NCBI GenBank assembly: GCA_963771155.1
Contig: CAVYSK010000007.1
Location: forward strand, 85,128 to 149,127
Source of the DNA: an uncultured Chloroflexia bacterium
Lineage (GTDB): Bacteria; Chloroflexota; Limnocylindria; QHBO01
Reading direction: 5' to 3'
DNA length: 64,000 bases
In this document: positions 35,871 through 44,676 of the stretch, in pieces
Layout of the letters: each line of letters starts with the position of its first letter
How positions within the stretch are numbered: position 1 is the first letter of the stretch
Position numbers and translations under genes: made by a program
The notes under the pieces: model-generated
The model's database searches: none
What the model was told of the DNA's origin: nothing
Seen by the model: the letters and a program-made list of their open reading frames with translations, nothing else

Positions 35871-36814
35871 CGATCGAGGTCCTCGAAGCCGGCGCGCTGA
35901 CCAGCGTGCAGGACGCCGTCGGGCGGCAGGGGTGGCGGCACCTGGGGGTCCCGGCGGGCGGCGCGGCGGACCCGTGGAGCGCCCGGCTGGCCAACCGGCT
36001 GATCGGCAACGCCGACGAGGCGGCCGTCCTCGAGATCACGCTGGTCGGTCCCACGCTGCGGTTCGAGACGTCCGCTGCCGTCGCGCTTGCCGGCAGCTTC
36101 GAGGCCACCCTCGACGGCCTGCCGCTCGCTCCCAACGGGGGTCGTGCCGTGCGGGTGGGATCCGTGCTGCGGATCGGCACCGGCGACGACGCGCGCGGCT
36201 ACGTCGCGGTTGCAGGCGGCCTTGCAGTGGAGACCGTGCTGGGCTCGAGATCGACCGACCTCCGCACGGGGTTCGGCGGCTTCGCCGGGCGCGCGCTGCG
36301 CGCGGGCGACCGCCTCCCGCTCGGCAGGGCGGCACGTCTCCGGACTCTCCGGTGGAACGGGGCCCCCCACACGGGGCCGATCCGCGTGGTGCCGGGCCTG
36401 CACGCCGATCGGTTCGAGGCCGAGGCGCTGACCGGGCAGGCATGGCGCGTGAGCGCGCTGGCCGATCGCACTGGCGCGCGGCTGGAGGGCAAGCCGCTCA
36501 CGGCCGGCGACGCCACGGACGTCCCCTCAATGGGGCTGCCGCTCGGCGCGATCCAGGTGCCCCCCGACGGTCTGCCGATCGTCGCCCTGGCCGATCGGCC
36601 CGTGACCGGCGGCTACCCGGTGCCAGCCGTGGTCATCGGCGCCGACATCGGCCGGATGGCACGGCTCCGCACCGGGGACGAGCTGCGGTTCGCATCGGTG
36701 TCGCTCGAGGAGGCTCGGGAGGCGCTGCGGCGGGCGGTCGACGAGCTCGCCGACCTGACGCCGCTGGACCCGGCGAGCGCCGACGAGCTCGGGTGGGCCG
36801 GCTCACACGACTGA
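35867..36814 (+). CDS. pxpC: 5-oxoprolinase subunit C (KipA / allophanate hydrolase subunit 2 family)
   Basis: GTGA overlap with pxpB. Contains ..LEAGALTSVQDAVGRQGWRHLGVPAGGAAD.. and ..DRPVTGGYPVPAVV... Confidence 0.88.
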   Translation: MTIEVLEAGALTSVQDAVGRQGWRHLGVPAGGAADPWSARLANRLIGNADEAAVLEITLVGPTLRFETSAAVALAGSFEATLDGLPLAPNGGRAVRVGSVLRIGTGDDARGYVAVAGGLAVETVLGSRSTDLRTGFGGFAGRALRAGDRLPLGRAARLRTLRWNGAPHTGPIRVVPGLHADRFEAEALTGQAWRVSALADRTGARLEGKPLTAGDATDVPSMGLPLGAIQVPPDGLPIVALADRPVTGGYPVPAVVIGADIGRMARLRTGDELRFASVSLEEAREALRRAVDELADLTPLDPASADELGWAGSHD

Positions 36815-36826
36815 GCCGCATCCGGC

Positions 36827-37129
36827 TCAGGCCGGCGGAGTCTCCTCCTTCGGACGGAAGATGAGGCGGGCTGCCCCGTTGTCCTGCGCCACGTCCATGG
36901 CCGCATCCTCGAGCGGTGCGGCCAGCTCTTCCGCGACGAACACCTTCATGCCATCGGCCTCGGTGATCTGGTCGCCGGCCACCGGGCCATCGGTGAATCC
37001 GAGGCCGATGGTGAGCTCTCCCGGCCCACTCTGTTCGGGAAAGACGCGCAGGCCGTAGTCGTCGGGGACGTCCTGGCCCCTCCGAATCTCCGTCAGCAAC
37101 GCCGCGGCGCCATGAGTGATCTCGAGCAC
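36827..37129 (-). CDS. HesB/IscA-fold-like small protein without cysteines
   Basis: AAGGAG lies 5 nt upstream of GTG 37129. 100 aa: ..GLRVFPE..ELTIGLGFTDGPVAGDQITEADGMKVFVAEELAAPLEDAAMD... No Cys, so not a canonical Fe-S scaffold. Confidence 0.55.
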   Translation of the reverse strand: MLEITHGAAALLTEIRRGQDVPDDYGLRVFPEQSGPGELTIGLGFTDGPVAGDQITEADGMKVFVAEELAAPLEDAAMDVAQDNGAARLIFRPKEETPPA

Positions 37130-37188
37130 GATTTCTCCTTGGTTGGTCCTACGAGGCACGCCGGGGTCCGCAAGACCGATACCACCCC

Positions 37189-37599
37189 TCAGTCCGTCCC
37201 CCAGCCGCTCCACCGCTCGACGGTCACGACGATCGCCGGGCCGATGATCGGGACGGATCGGTACTGCGGGTACCGATCGCGCAGCAGCGCAACGGCGCGC
37301 GCGAGGTCCGGGCCCTGCTCGGCGATCTCCGCTCGGCCGTCGGCGCGCGCCCACCAGAGGCGCGACCAGTCGTCGTCGTAGACGTCGACGAGCACGCTGA
37401 CCCGCGGGTTGGCGCGGATGTTCTCCAGCCGCCGGAGCGGGCCGGATCGCTTCGGCTTGGCGTCGATGGCGGTCACGAGCCGGCCTTCGTCCAGCGCGAA
37501 GGTGATGGGCACGACATGCGGGACGCCATGCTCATCGGCGGTCGCGAGGCGCGCCACCGTGGCGGCCGCGAACCGTGCCCGAGCGTCGTCCGGGGTCAC
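37189..37599 (-). CDS. PPOX-class F420-dependent oxidoreductase (TIGR03668-like)
   Basis: ..RLATADEHGVPHVVPITFAL..VTAIDAKPKRSGPLRRLENIRANPRVSVLVDVYDDDWSRLWWARADGRA... The GTG overlaps the upstream stop (GTGA). Confidence 0.8.
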   Translation of the reverse strand: MTPDDARARFAAATVARLATADEHGVPHVVPITFALDEGRLVTAIDAKPKRSGPLRRLENIRANPRVSVLVDVYDDDWSRLWWARADGRAEIAEQGPDLARAVALLRDRYPQYRSVPIIGPAIVVTVERWSGWGTD

Positions 37600-38570
37600 G
37601 CCAGGACGGCGCGCAGCGTTTCCGGAGCGACGTTGCGGCCCGTGGTCACGACGGCCACGTTGCGTCCGCCGGCATCGGCCAGGCCTGCGCGCAGCGCGGC
37701 GATCCCGAGGACGGCGCTGCCCTCGAGCAGGACGTGCTGCACATCGATCGCCCAGCGCACCGCATCTGCGATCGCCTCCTCGTCCACGACGATCACTTCG
37801 TCCACCAGGTCGCGGCACAGTTTCCAGGTGATGCTGTCGCGCTCGATGTTGCCGGCCACGCCATCGGCCAGGGTCGGCGCGATCGGCATCGGCTCGGTCG
37901 AGCCCGTCTCGAAGTACGCATACATCGGTGGGGACGCCGCCGGCTGCACGCCGATGAGCCGAAGCCCCGGCTTCACGGCCTTGGCCCACAGGCCGATCCC
38001 GCCGATCAGCCCGCCGCCGCCGATCGGCACGACGATCGTGTCGACGTCCGGCCAGTCCTCGAGGATCTCCACGGCCACGGTTGCCTGCCCGGCGACGACG
38101 TCGGGGTCGTTGTACGGCGAGATGTAGATCGCGTGGCCGGCGTCGTCGCGGCGGCGACCCTCCTCCTCGGCGTCATCGGTGTCGTTGCCGGTCAGCTCGA
38201 CGGTGATGCGGCGAGTCTCCAATCCTCGCAGCCGCTCGAGCTTGGCGGGCGAGACGCTCCGGCCCACCAGCACGGTCAGCCGCATGTCGTGCCGGGCGGC
38301 CGCCGAGGCAACGGCGATCCCGTGGTTGCCGCTCGAGGCGGTCACCAGGGCCGCTTCCGGCCTCCCCTCGGCGATCACCGCCACCTTGTTGCTGGCGCCC
38401 CGCAGCTTGAATGCGCCGGTGGGCTGGAGCTCCTCCCGCTTCAGCCGGACCTCGGCCGCGCCGATCTCCCCGGCCAGCACCGGGCTCGCCTCGAGGGGCG
38501 TGTGGACGGCGACCGCGCGCAGGCGCGCGCGCGCGGCGTTCACATCGGCGAGGGTCGGCATGCGGGGCAT
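37596..38570 (-). CDS. Threonine ammonia-lyase / serine-threonine dehydratase (short form)
   Basis: PLP-lysine motif QPTGAFKLRGASNK and glycine loop IGGGGLIGG. 324 aa with no C-terminal regulatory domain. Confidence 0.88.
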   Translation of the reverse strand: MPRMPTLADVNAARARLRAVAVHTPLEASPVLAGEIGAAEVRLKREELQPTGAFKLRGASNKVAVIAEGRPEAALVTASSGNHGIAVASAAARHDMRLTVLVGRSVSPAKLERLRGLETRRITVELTGNDTDDAEEEGRRRDDAGHAIYISPYNDPDVVAGQATVAVEILEDWPDVDTIVVPIGGGGLIGGIGLWAKAVKPGLRLIGVQPAASPPMYAYFETGSTEPMPIAPTLADGVAGNIERDSITWKLCRDLVDEVIVVDEEAIADAVRWAIDVQHVLLEGSAVLGIAALRAGLADAGGRNVAVVTTGRNVAPETLRAVLA

Positions 38571-38840
38571 GCGGTGCGAGTGTACGGCCCGTGCATCGGC
38601 GAACGGCGATGCATCGTCGTTCCATCACCAGAGCCCCGCGGGCGTCTCAGCGTGTGGCGATCACGCAAGTTGTCCGCCAGCGGCGCTAACGGCCAAGTTG
38701 AGCCCGTCGCAGCACGCCTGGATGGCCGATACATGCCGTGGAGCGGCCAGCGCGGCCAAGAAGGTGCCCATCGGTCCGGAACGTGGCCGTTGAGTTCCGC
38801 TCCGGGACAACTCGCGGGCCTTCCCACCCGGGAACCGGAA

Positions 38841-39215
38841 TCAGGCCGCCGGCAGCGGCTCCGGAGTGGGGCCATCCGGCGCAGGAGCGTCGCGGATCTC
38901 GCGGAACCGCATCCCGATCCGCATCAGCGACCCGAGCCGATCCTCGACGCGCGCGCGCTCGACGGGTGTGGCCCAGTGGCGGAGCGTGTAGTCGATCTCG
39001 TGCTTGTGGCGCGTGGCGGTGGCGAGCAGATCCCCGACCCGGTGCCGCACATCCTCATCGGGACGGTGCTGCATGATCGCCCGCTGCGACTCGAGGATGT
39101 CGACGTAGTACGAGGTCGCCAGCCGGTCCAGGTCGCGCAGGGCATCATGCTCCCACGGCTCAGGAGGACCCCCGAACCCGTATCGGCGCCACTCGTGCGG
39201 CTGCGGCTGCTGCAT
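38841..39215 (-). CDS. Hypothetical 124-aa protein
   Basis: Starts at MQQPQPHEWRRYGF. Helical, His/Arg/Asp-rich. The remainder of track ORF 38841..39884 is antisense to the MFS gene and is rejected. Confidence 0.5.
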   Translation of the reverse strand: MQQPQPHEWRRYGFGGPPEPWEHDALRDLDRLATSYYVDILESQRAIMQHRPDEDVRHRVGDLLATATRHKHEIDYTLRHWATPVERARVEDRLGSLMRIGMRFREIRDAPAPDGPTPEPLPAA

Positions 39216-39420
39216 CCCGGTCCCTCTCGGTCGTGGTGATGGATGGGTGGACCCCCCTTGAGCAGCGACGGTATCGGTTGGTCGCTCGCCCGGCGAGTGG
39301 CCGGAGGAACTATCGGTGGCCTTACCAACGGTGGGCGTTCGAGCGCACCAGACCGATGCCGACGTGCGCGTGGTGCACCACACCACCCCGACGCAGAGGT
39401 CGTGGTAGCGTCGCCGGCGC

Positions 39421-40686
39421 ATGCAACCCGACGTGAATGCCACGCCGATGCGGCGGGCGGTCGAGATCGCCGTGCCATCGCGGCTGGGCGGCGGCTTCCG
39501 ATGGCTGCTGGCCTCCTCGTGGTCGTCGAACCTGGGCGACGGGATCGCGATTGCGGCCGGGCCGCTGCTGGTCGCGTCGCAGACCGACGATGCGCTGCTC
39601 ATCGCATCGGCGGCGCTGGTCCAATGGCTTCCGCCGCTGCTGTTCGCGCTGTGGGCAGGGGCGCTGTCGGATCGGCTCGACCGCAAGCGGCTCGTCGTGC
39701 TCGTCGACCTTCTTCGTGCGGTGGTGCTCGTCGTCATCGCCGGTTCGATCGTGACGGACACGGTCTCGATCGCTGTCGTGCTCGTGGCGCTCTTCATCTT
39801 GGGCAGCGCCGAGGTCTTCGCGGACAACGCCGCCCAGACGCTTGTTCCGATGCTCGTCGAGCGCGACGACCTTCCAATTGGCAACCAGCGCCTTCAGGCC
39901 GGCTTCATCACCATGAACCAGATGGCCGGGCCGCCGCTGGGCGCAGCGCTGTTTGCCGCTGGGATGGCCCTTCCGTTCGCGACCCAGGCGATCCTGGTCG
40001 CCGCCGGCGCGCTGCTCATCACGCGCATCGGTCTGCCCCATCAGGAGCACCTTGCGCGCGAGCGCCGGCACATCCGCCACGAGATCTGGGAGGGGATTCG
40101 CTGGGTCCGCCACCACGCGGCGGTCCGCACGCTGATCCTGACGATCTTCATCTTCAACATCACCTTTGGCGCCGCGTGGTCGGTGCTCGTGATCTATGCC
40201 AGTGAGCGCCTCGGGCTCGGCGCGGTCGGCTTCGGGCTGATCACGACGGTATCGGCCGCCGGCGGCCTGCTGGGCACGGTTTCCTACGGCTGGATCACGC
40301 GACGGGTCAGCCTGGGAAACATCATGCGCATCGGCCTCATCATCGAGACCGTGACGCACCTCGTCCTGGCGCTCACCACACAGCCTCTGGTGGCGATGGC
40401 GATCTTCTTCGTCTTCGGTGCCCACGCATTCGTGTGGGGCACGACGTCGGTCGCCGTGCGGCAGCGCGCCGTTCCGCACGAGCTCCAGGGCCGCGCGGGC
40501 AGCGTCAACTCGGTGGGCGTCTACGGCGGACTGGTCATCGGCTCGGCCATCGGCGGCGTGCTGGCACAGGCGTTCGGCGTCACCGCCCCCTTCTGGTTCG
40601 CCTTCGCTGGCTCCGCGGTCTTCCTCGTTCTCATCTGGGGGCAGCTGCGTCACATCGCCCACACCGACGAGGCGCCGGCAACCTGA
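39421..40686 (+). CDS. MFS transporter
   Basis: 421 aa, about 12 TM helices, with the ..GALSDRLDRKR.. loop typical of MFS between TM2 and TM3. Confidence 0.85.
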   Translation: MQPDVNATPMRRAVEIAVPSRLGGGFRWLLASSWSSNLGDGIAIAAGPLLVASQTDDALLIASAALVQWLPPLLFALWAGALSDRLDRKRLVVLVDLLRAVVLVVIAGSIVTDTVSIAVVLVALFILGSAEVFADNAAQTLVPMLVERDDLPIGNQRLQAGFITMNQMAGPPLGAALFAAGMALPFATQAILVAAGALLITRIGLPHQEHLARERRHIRHEIWEGIRWVRHHAAVRTLILTIFIFNITFGAAWSVLVIYASERLGLGAVGFGLITTVSAAGGLLGTVSYGWITRRVSLGNIMRIGLIIETVTHLVLALTTQPLVAMAIFFVFGAHAFVWGTTSVAVRQRAVPHELQGRAGSVNSVGVYGGLVIGSAIGGVLAQAFGVTAPFWFAFAGSAVFLVLIWGQLRHIAHTDEAPAT

Positions 40687-40721
40687 CACGGCCTGTCCGG
40701 CATGGTGGCTACGCTTGTCCG

Positions 40722-41379
40722 ATGAGCCTTCAGTCCCTGCCGGAGGGCATCACCACCGAGCCCGATGGCGTCGCCCGTTGCTGGTGGGGCGCCGGCGACG
40801 AGCTCTACCGCACCTATCACGACAGCGAGTGGGGCCGCCCAGTGTTCGGACGACCGGACGCTGTTCGAGAAGCTCAGCCTGGAGGGCTTCATGGCCGGCC
40901 TCAGCTGGCTGACGATCCTGCGCAAGCGAGAGAACTTCCGCCAAGCCTTCGCGAACTTCGATGTCGATGCGATCGCTGGGTATGGCTCCGAGGACGTCGA
41001 GCGTCTCCTGTCCGATGCGGGCATCGTCCGTCACCGCGGCAAGATCGAGGCGGTGATCAACAACGCCCGCCGATGCATCGAGGTGCGCGACGAGCTCGGC
41101 AGCCTGGCCGCGTACGCCTGGGGCTTCGAGCCCGACGCGGCCACGCGCGCTGCGCCGCTCGACCACGAGACGCTCATGGCCACGACCTTCAGCCCGGAGG
41201 CGAAGGCGTTGAGCCGCGATCTGAAACGGCGTGGCTGGGCATTCGTCGGACCGACGACGGTGTACTCGTTCATGGAGGCCATGGGCCTGGTGAACGACCA
41301 CCTCGACGGCTGCGCGACCCGGCCGATCGTCGAAGCCGCACGCGCTTCCTTTGCCCGTCCGGTTGCCACGTCCGCCTGA
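40722..41379 (+). pseudogene. tag: DNA-3-methyladenine glycosylase I, one frame break
   Basis: The first frame encodes MSLQSLPEGITTEPDGVARCWWGAGDELYRTYHDSEWGRPV. The frame of ORF 40765..41379 continues DDRTLFEKLSLEGFMAGLSWLTILRKRENF.. to the end. Removing one base near 40846 restores ..EWGRPVSDDRTLFE... Confidence 0.8.
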
Positions 41380-41386
41380 GTCGGGT

Positions 41387-41416
41387 TTGTGGGCGTTCAC
41401 GGCCCTCGGCTACAAT
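41387..41416 (+). promoter_or_regulatory. Promoter-like TTGTGG-N18-TACAAT upstream of tRNA-Gln
   Basis: The -10 box ends 38 nt before the mature tRNA 5' end. It is AT-rich relative to its surroundings. Confidence 0.4.
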
Positions 41417-41454
41417 CGGCGCCGCACCGATGAGCGGCCCGCGCTCTCGCTCGC

Positions 41455-41529
41455 TGGGGAGTGGCCAAGCGGTAAGGCGCCTGACTCTGGATCAGGAGAC
41501 CGAAGGTTCGAATCCTTCCTCCCCAGCCA
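41455..41529 (+). tRNA. tRNA-Gln (anticodon CUG), CCA encoded
   Basis: Cloverleaf folded by hand. Acceptor TGGGGAG/CTCCCCA. D arm GCC..GGC with AGCGGTAA loop. Anticodon stem CCTGA/TCAGG with loop CTCTGGA (U33, C34-U35-G36). 5-nt variable loop. T arm GAAGG-TTCGAAT-CCTTC. Discriminator G followed by CCA. Confidence 0.92.
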
Positions 41530-41567
41530 ACATTCGCCGACATCACAACGGGTAGTGACGGTCCGCC

Positions 41568-41989
41568 ATGCGCTTTGAGCAATCCATCGACATCGACGCG
41601 CCGCCGCAGCGCGTGTGGGACGTGCTCAGCGATCTCGAAGCGTGGCCGCAGCGGATCGAGACGGTCGACGTCGGTCGAGCTGCTCACGCCCGCTCCGGTG
41701 GGTGAAGGCAGCCGCGTCCGCCTCAAGCAACCCAAGCTGCGGCGAGGGAACGTGGGAGGTCACCGTCTGGGATGCGCCCTCCTTCTTCGAGTTCCGCCAG
41801 AAGTCCGGCGGCGTCACCAGCGTCGCGGGCCATCGTGTCGAGGCGCTGGAGGAAGGCCGATCCCGCCTGACCCTGACGCTGGAGATGGGCGGCCCGCTGG
41901 TTGTGGTGGCCCGCTTCTTCAAGGGCCTGACCAACCGCTACATGACCATGGAGGCGCAGGGCATGAAACGCGCCGCCGAGTCCGCTTGA
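41568..41989 (+). pseudogene. SRPBCC (START/polyketide cyclase-like) family protein, two frame breaks
   Basis: Frame 1 encodes [35 protein letters not shown]. The frame of ORF 41575 encodes [22 protein letters not shown]. The frame of ORF 41615..41989 encodes GEGTWEVTVWDAPSFFEFRQKSGGVTSVAGHRVEALEEGRSRLTLTLEMGGPL... Junctions lie near 41671 and 41740, and each is fixed by removing one base. Confidence 0.7.
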
Positions 41990-41999
41990 GGCGGACCGA

Positions 42000-42023
42000 G
42001 GTTCACGCTTTCCTCCCCAGCCA
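42000..42023 (+). repeat. Degenerate copy of the tRNA-Gln 3' end (T-arm plus acceptor)
   Basis: GGTTCACGCTTTCCTCCCCAGCCA compared with the tRNA sequence GGTTCGAATCCTTCCTCCCCAGCCA (41505-41529). The last 14 nt (42010-42023) are identical to 41516-41529. Confidence 0.75.
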
Positions 42024-42076
42024 CGTCGCAGGCGAAGTGGTATCGCATCTCATCGCCGATCCGCTAGGCTCGCAAG

Positions 42077-42910
42077 ATGAAAGGTGACCCCACCAGCCTC
42101 CGCGAATCGTGGCTCGACCTCGACGGTCGGCGCCTGCTCTATCGGACGAACGCCGAGTCACCGCCGCCGGCGGACGCTCCCGTGCTGATTCACGTCCACG
42201 GCTTCGCCATCTCTGGCCGATACCTCATGCCGGCCGCGTGGCGGCTGGCGCCCGAGTTCCGGACCTATGTACCCGACCTGCCGGGCTTCGGCCGCAGCGA
42301 ACGCCCGCCGCGTCCCTTCGACATCCCGCAGCTTGCCGACGCCCTGGCGCGGTTCATGGACGCGGTTGGCGTCGAGCGCGCGACGCTGCTCGGGAATTCG
42401 CTCGGCTGTCCGATCATCGGCGAGTTCATCGACCACTTCCCGGACCGCGCCGAGCGGGCCATCCTCGTGTCGCCCGCCGGTGGGCTCTACAACCAGCCCC
42501 TCCCCAAGGGCCTCTCGCAGCTCGTCGTGGACACCCTGCGCGAGCCGCCCGGCATGGGCAAGTTCGTCGTCACGGACTACCTGGCCTATGGCCCGGTCGC
42601 GGTGTTCAACCTCATCCGCTCGATGCTGGCGTATCCGACGACCGAGCGGATCGCCGAGCTGACCCTCCCGACGCTGGTCGTGCTGGGCAGTCGCGACCCG
42701 TTCGTCAGCCAGCGGTGGGTCAAGCGACGAGCCACCGGCCTGCCCCACATCACGGGAGTGACCATCCACGGCGCCGCGCACGCGATCAACTACTCGCATC
42801 CCGAGCAGCTGGCGAACGTCGTCCGGAGCTGGATGGCCGATCGGCCGATCGTCGACGATCCGACGGCCCCCGGCCGGGCGCGTGTCTTCCTGAATCCCGC
42901 GGAGGGCTAG
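42077..42910 (+). CDS. Alpha/beta hydrolase
   Basis: HGFAISG oxyanion region, nucleophile elbow GNSLGC, C-terminal HGAAHAINYSHPE. Confidence 0.85.
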   Translation: MKGDPTSLRESWLDLDGRRLLYRTNAESPPPADAPVLIHVHGFAISGRYLMPAAWRLAPEFRTYVPDLPGFGRSERPPRPFDIPQLADALARFMDAVGVERATLLGNSLGCPIIGEFIDHFPDRAERAILVSPAGGLYNQPLPKGLSQLVVDTLREPPGMGKFVVTDYLAYGPVAVFNLIRSMLAYPTTERIAELTLPTLVVLGSRDPFVSQRWVKRRATGLPHITGVTIHGAAHAINYSHPEQLANVVRSWMADRPIVDDPTAPGRARVFLNPAEG

Positions 42911-42940
42911 TCGTGGGCGAACCGATCCGGTGGGGGCGGG

Positions 42941-43681
42941 ATGCGCCGCATCGGCCGTCGTGCCGTGAGCCCGCCCCACCACGGGCCGGTCGTGGCTTCG
43001 CAGGCCGGGGTGGATGGTCCGCCGCTCGTCTTGCTTCACGGCCTCGCCGGCTCGGACGCATGGTGGAAGCGGAACCTGCCCGCGCTCTCCGGCGCGTTCC
43101 GGGTAACGGCCATCGACCTGCCGGGATTCGGCTCGAGCCATCCGGACGCGCGGCTCATTCTCGACGAGGTTCCCGCCCAGGTTGCCGCGCTCCTGGGCGA
43201 GCTGGGCATCGAGCGGGCCAACGTCATGGGCCATTCCATGGGCGGCCTGGTGGCCGGCGGGCTCGCCGCCGATCATCCCGAGTGCGTCGATCGGCTCGTG
43301 CTGGTCGATGCCGGGTTCCTGTCACTCGACCCGACGTGGCGGCACCGGGTCACCGGTCCCCTGCGGACGCTGCCGTGGACCTCGCCGACGCTCCTCCCGA
43401 CCCTTCTGCGCGACGTGGTCCGCTCAGGCCCCCTGCGGATGGCCCGTGCCACCGCCGAGGTCCTGCGCAAGGACTGGCGTCACAAGCTGCCCGCCATCGC
43501 GGCGCCGACGCTCGTCGTGTGGGGAGAGCACGATCGCATCTGCAACCCGCGCATCGGCAGGCAGATCGCTGCCGCCGTGCCCGGCGCGCGGCTGGTGATC
43601 ATCCGCGGCGCCGGCCACGTCCCGATGTGGGAGAAGCAGGTCGCCTTCGACCGCGAGGTGCTCGACTTCTTGCGGGGTTAG
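42941..43681 (+). CDS. Alpha/beta hydrolase
   Basis: LLHGLAGS, GHSMGG, GAGHVPMWE. Paralogous fold to the preceding gene. Confidence 0.85.
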   Translation: MRRIGRRAVSPPHHGPVVASQAGVDGPPLVLLHGLAGSDAWWKRNLPALSGAFRVTAIDLPGFGSSHPDARLILDEVPAQVAALLGELGIERANVMGHSMGGLVAGGLAADHPECVDRLVLVDAGFLSLDPTWRHRVTGPLRTLPWTSPTLLPTLLRDVVRSGPLRMARATAEVLRKDWRHKLPAIAAPTLVVWGEHDRICNPRIGRQIAAAVPGARLVIIRGAGHVPMWEKQVAFDREVLDFLRG

Positions 43682-43779
43682 CCTCAGGCGGCGATCAACT
43701 CGGGTATCCGCCCCACGGCTCGATCGGCCATACCATGCCCGCCCGATTCACACCCGCATGGAGCAACCGACCGCTGTCC

Positions 43780-44472
43780 TCAGACCCCGTCCCGGGTCAT
43801 CGGCGGGGGCGGCGGGGCCGGTTCACCGGCATAGTCGTCGCCGACCGGGAAGAGCTCGTACTCCGGCGCCGTGAACCACTGGATGCCCATGCCCACGACG
43901 GCCAGTGCGATCCAGACGACCGTCCACAGGAAGGACGTGCTGATGGCGATCTGCACAGCCCCGGAATAGAGGCTGTCCGGCTCGACCTGGTTGAACAGGA
44001 TCAGGACTCCGCCGATGACGCCCGCGGCTCCCCACAGGGACGTGAGCACGATGATGATCGCGCGCGGCAGGTGCAGCACGATCGCGCCGATCGCGAACAC
44101 GGCTCCGGCGGCGAGACCGAGGAGAACGGCCAGGAATTCGGTGTCCAGCCCGAATGCCGGAAGGATCGCGTAGCCGAGCAGGAAGCCGAGGCCGCTGATG
44201 GCGATCACCACGCCGATCCACCACCAGGCGTACGCGATGAAGGCGGCGCCGATGCCGAGGGCGAGTCCGAGCACGATGCCCAGGATCCCCGTGAGGAATC
44301 CCTCCCCGAGCCAGTTGGCGATGAACCCGGCCCCGGCGAAGAAGCCGATCATGAAGCCGAACAGGGGAAGGAGCATCCGGAACAGGCGATAGCCCGCGAG
44401 CAGGGCCACGAGCCCGAATAACGCGACGAGAAGTGCGGCGAATAGATCCACGGCTCGAGTACCTCCGGCCAT
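43780..44472 (-). CDS. Multi-pass membrane protein (DUF4203-like)
   Basis: 230 aa from MAGGTRAVDLF, about 7 TM helices and a Pro-rich C-tail. The upstream part of the track ORF is rejected. A GTG 7 codons downstream with a GGAGG is an alternative start. Confidence 0.55.
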   Translation of the reverse strand: MAGGTRAVDLFAALLVALFGLVALLAGYRLFRMLLPLFGFMIGFFAGAGFIANWLGEGFLTGILGIVLGLALGIGAAFIAYAWWWIGVVIAISGLGFLLGYAILPAFGLDTEFLAVLLGLAAGAVFAIGAIVLHLPRAIIIVLTSLWGAAGVIGGVLILFNQVEPDSLYSGAVQIAISTSFLWTVVWIALAVVGMGIQWFTAPEYELFPVGDDYAGEPAPPPPPMTRDGV

Positions 44473-44676
44473 TCGATCGGTTCCCCCGGTCGGCGACCAA
44501 CGGTACACCATCGATTCCGCACGATGAACCCATCGCGCACGCGGCGATCTGCCGTGTACTGTGCCGCCGGGGAACATTGCACGTACTGCTGGTGGCGGAG
44601 CGCAACGGTGCGCTCGACGCGGCTCGCAGGGAGCTCCGTCCGGAGCAACCGACCGACGGCTAGCGGAAGGAACGAG

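Noticed and set aside
39216-39420. Repeated CGGT(T)GG hexamers between the hypothetical gene and the MFS transporter as an operator.
   Set aside because: These are short GC-rich repeats of low statistical weight. There is no clear palindrome and no adjacent regulator gene.
41380-42076. Intact integrative element or prophage at tRNA-Gln.
   Set aside because: There is no integrase, excisionase or phage gene anywhere in the window. Only the short tRNA 3'-end duplication is seen, and it is reported as a scar.
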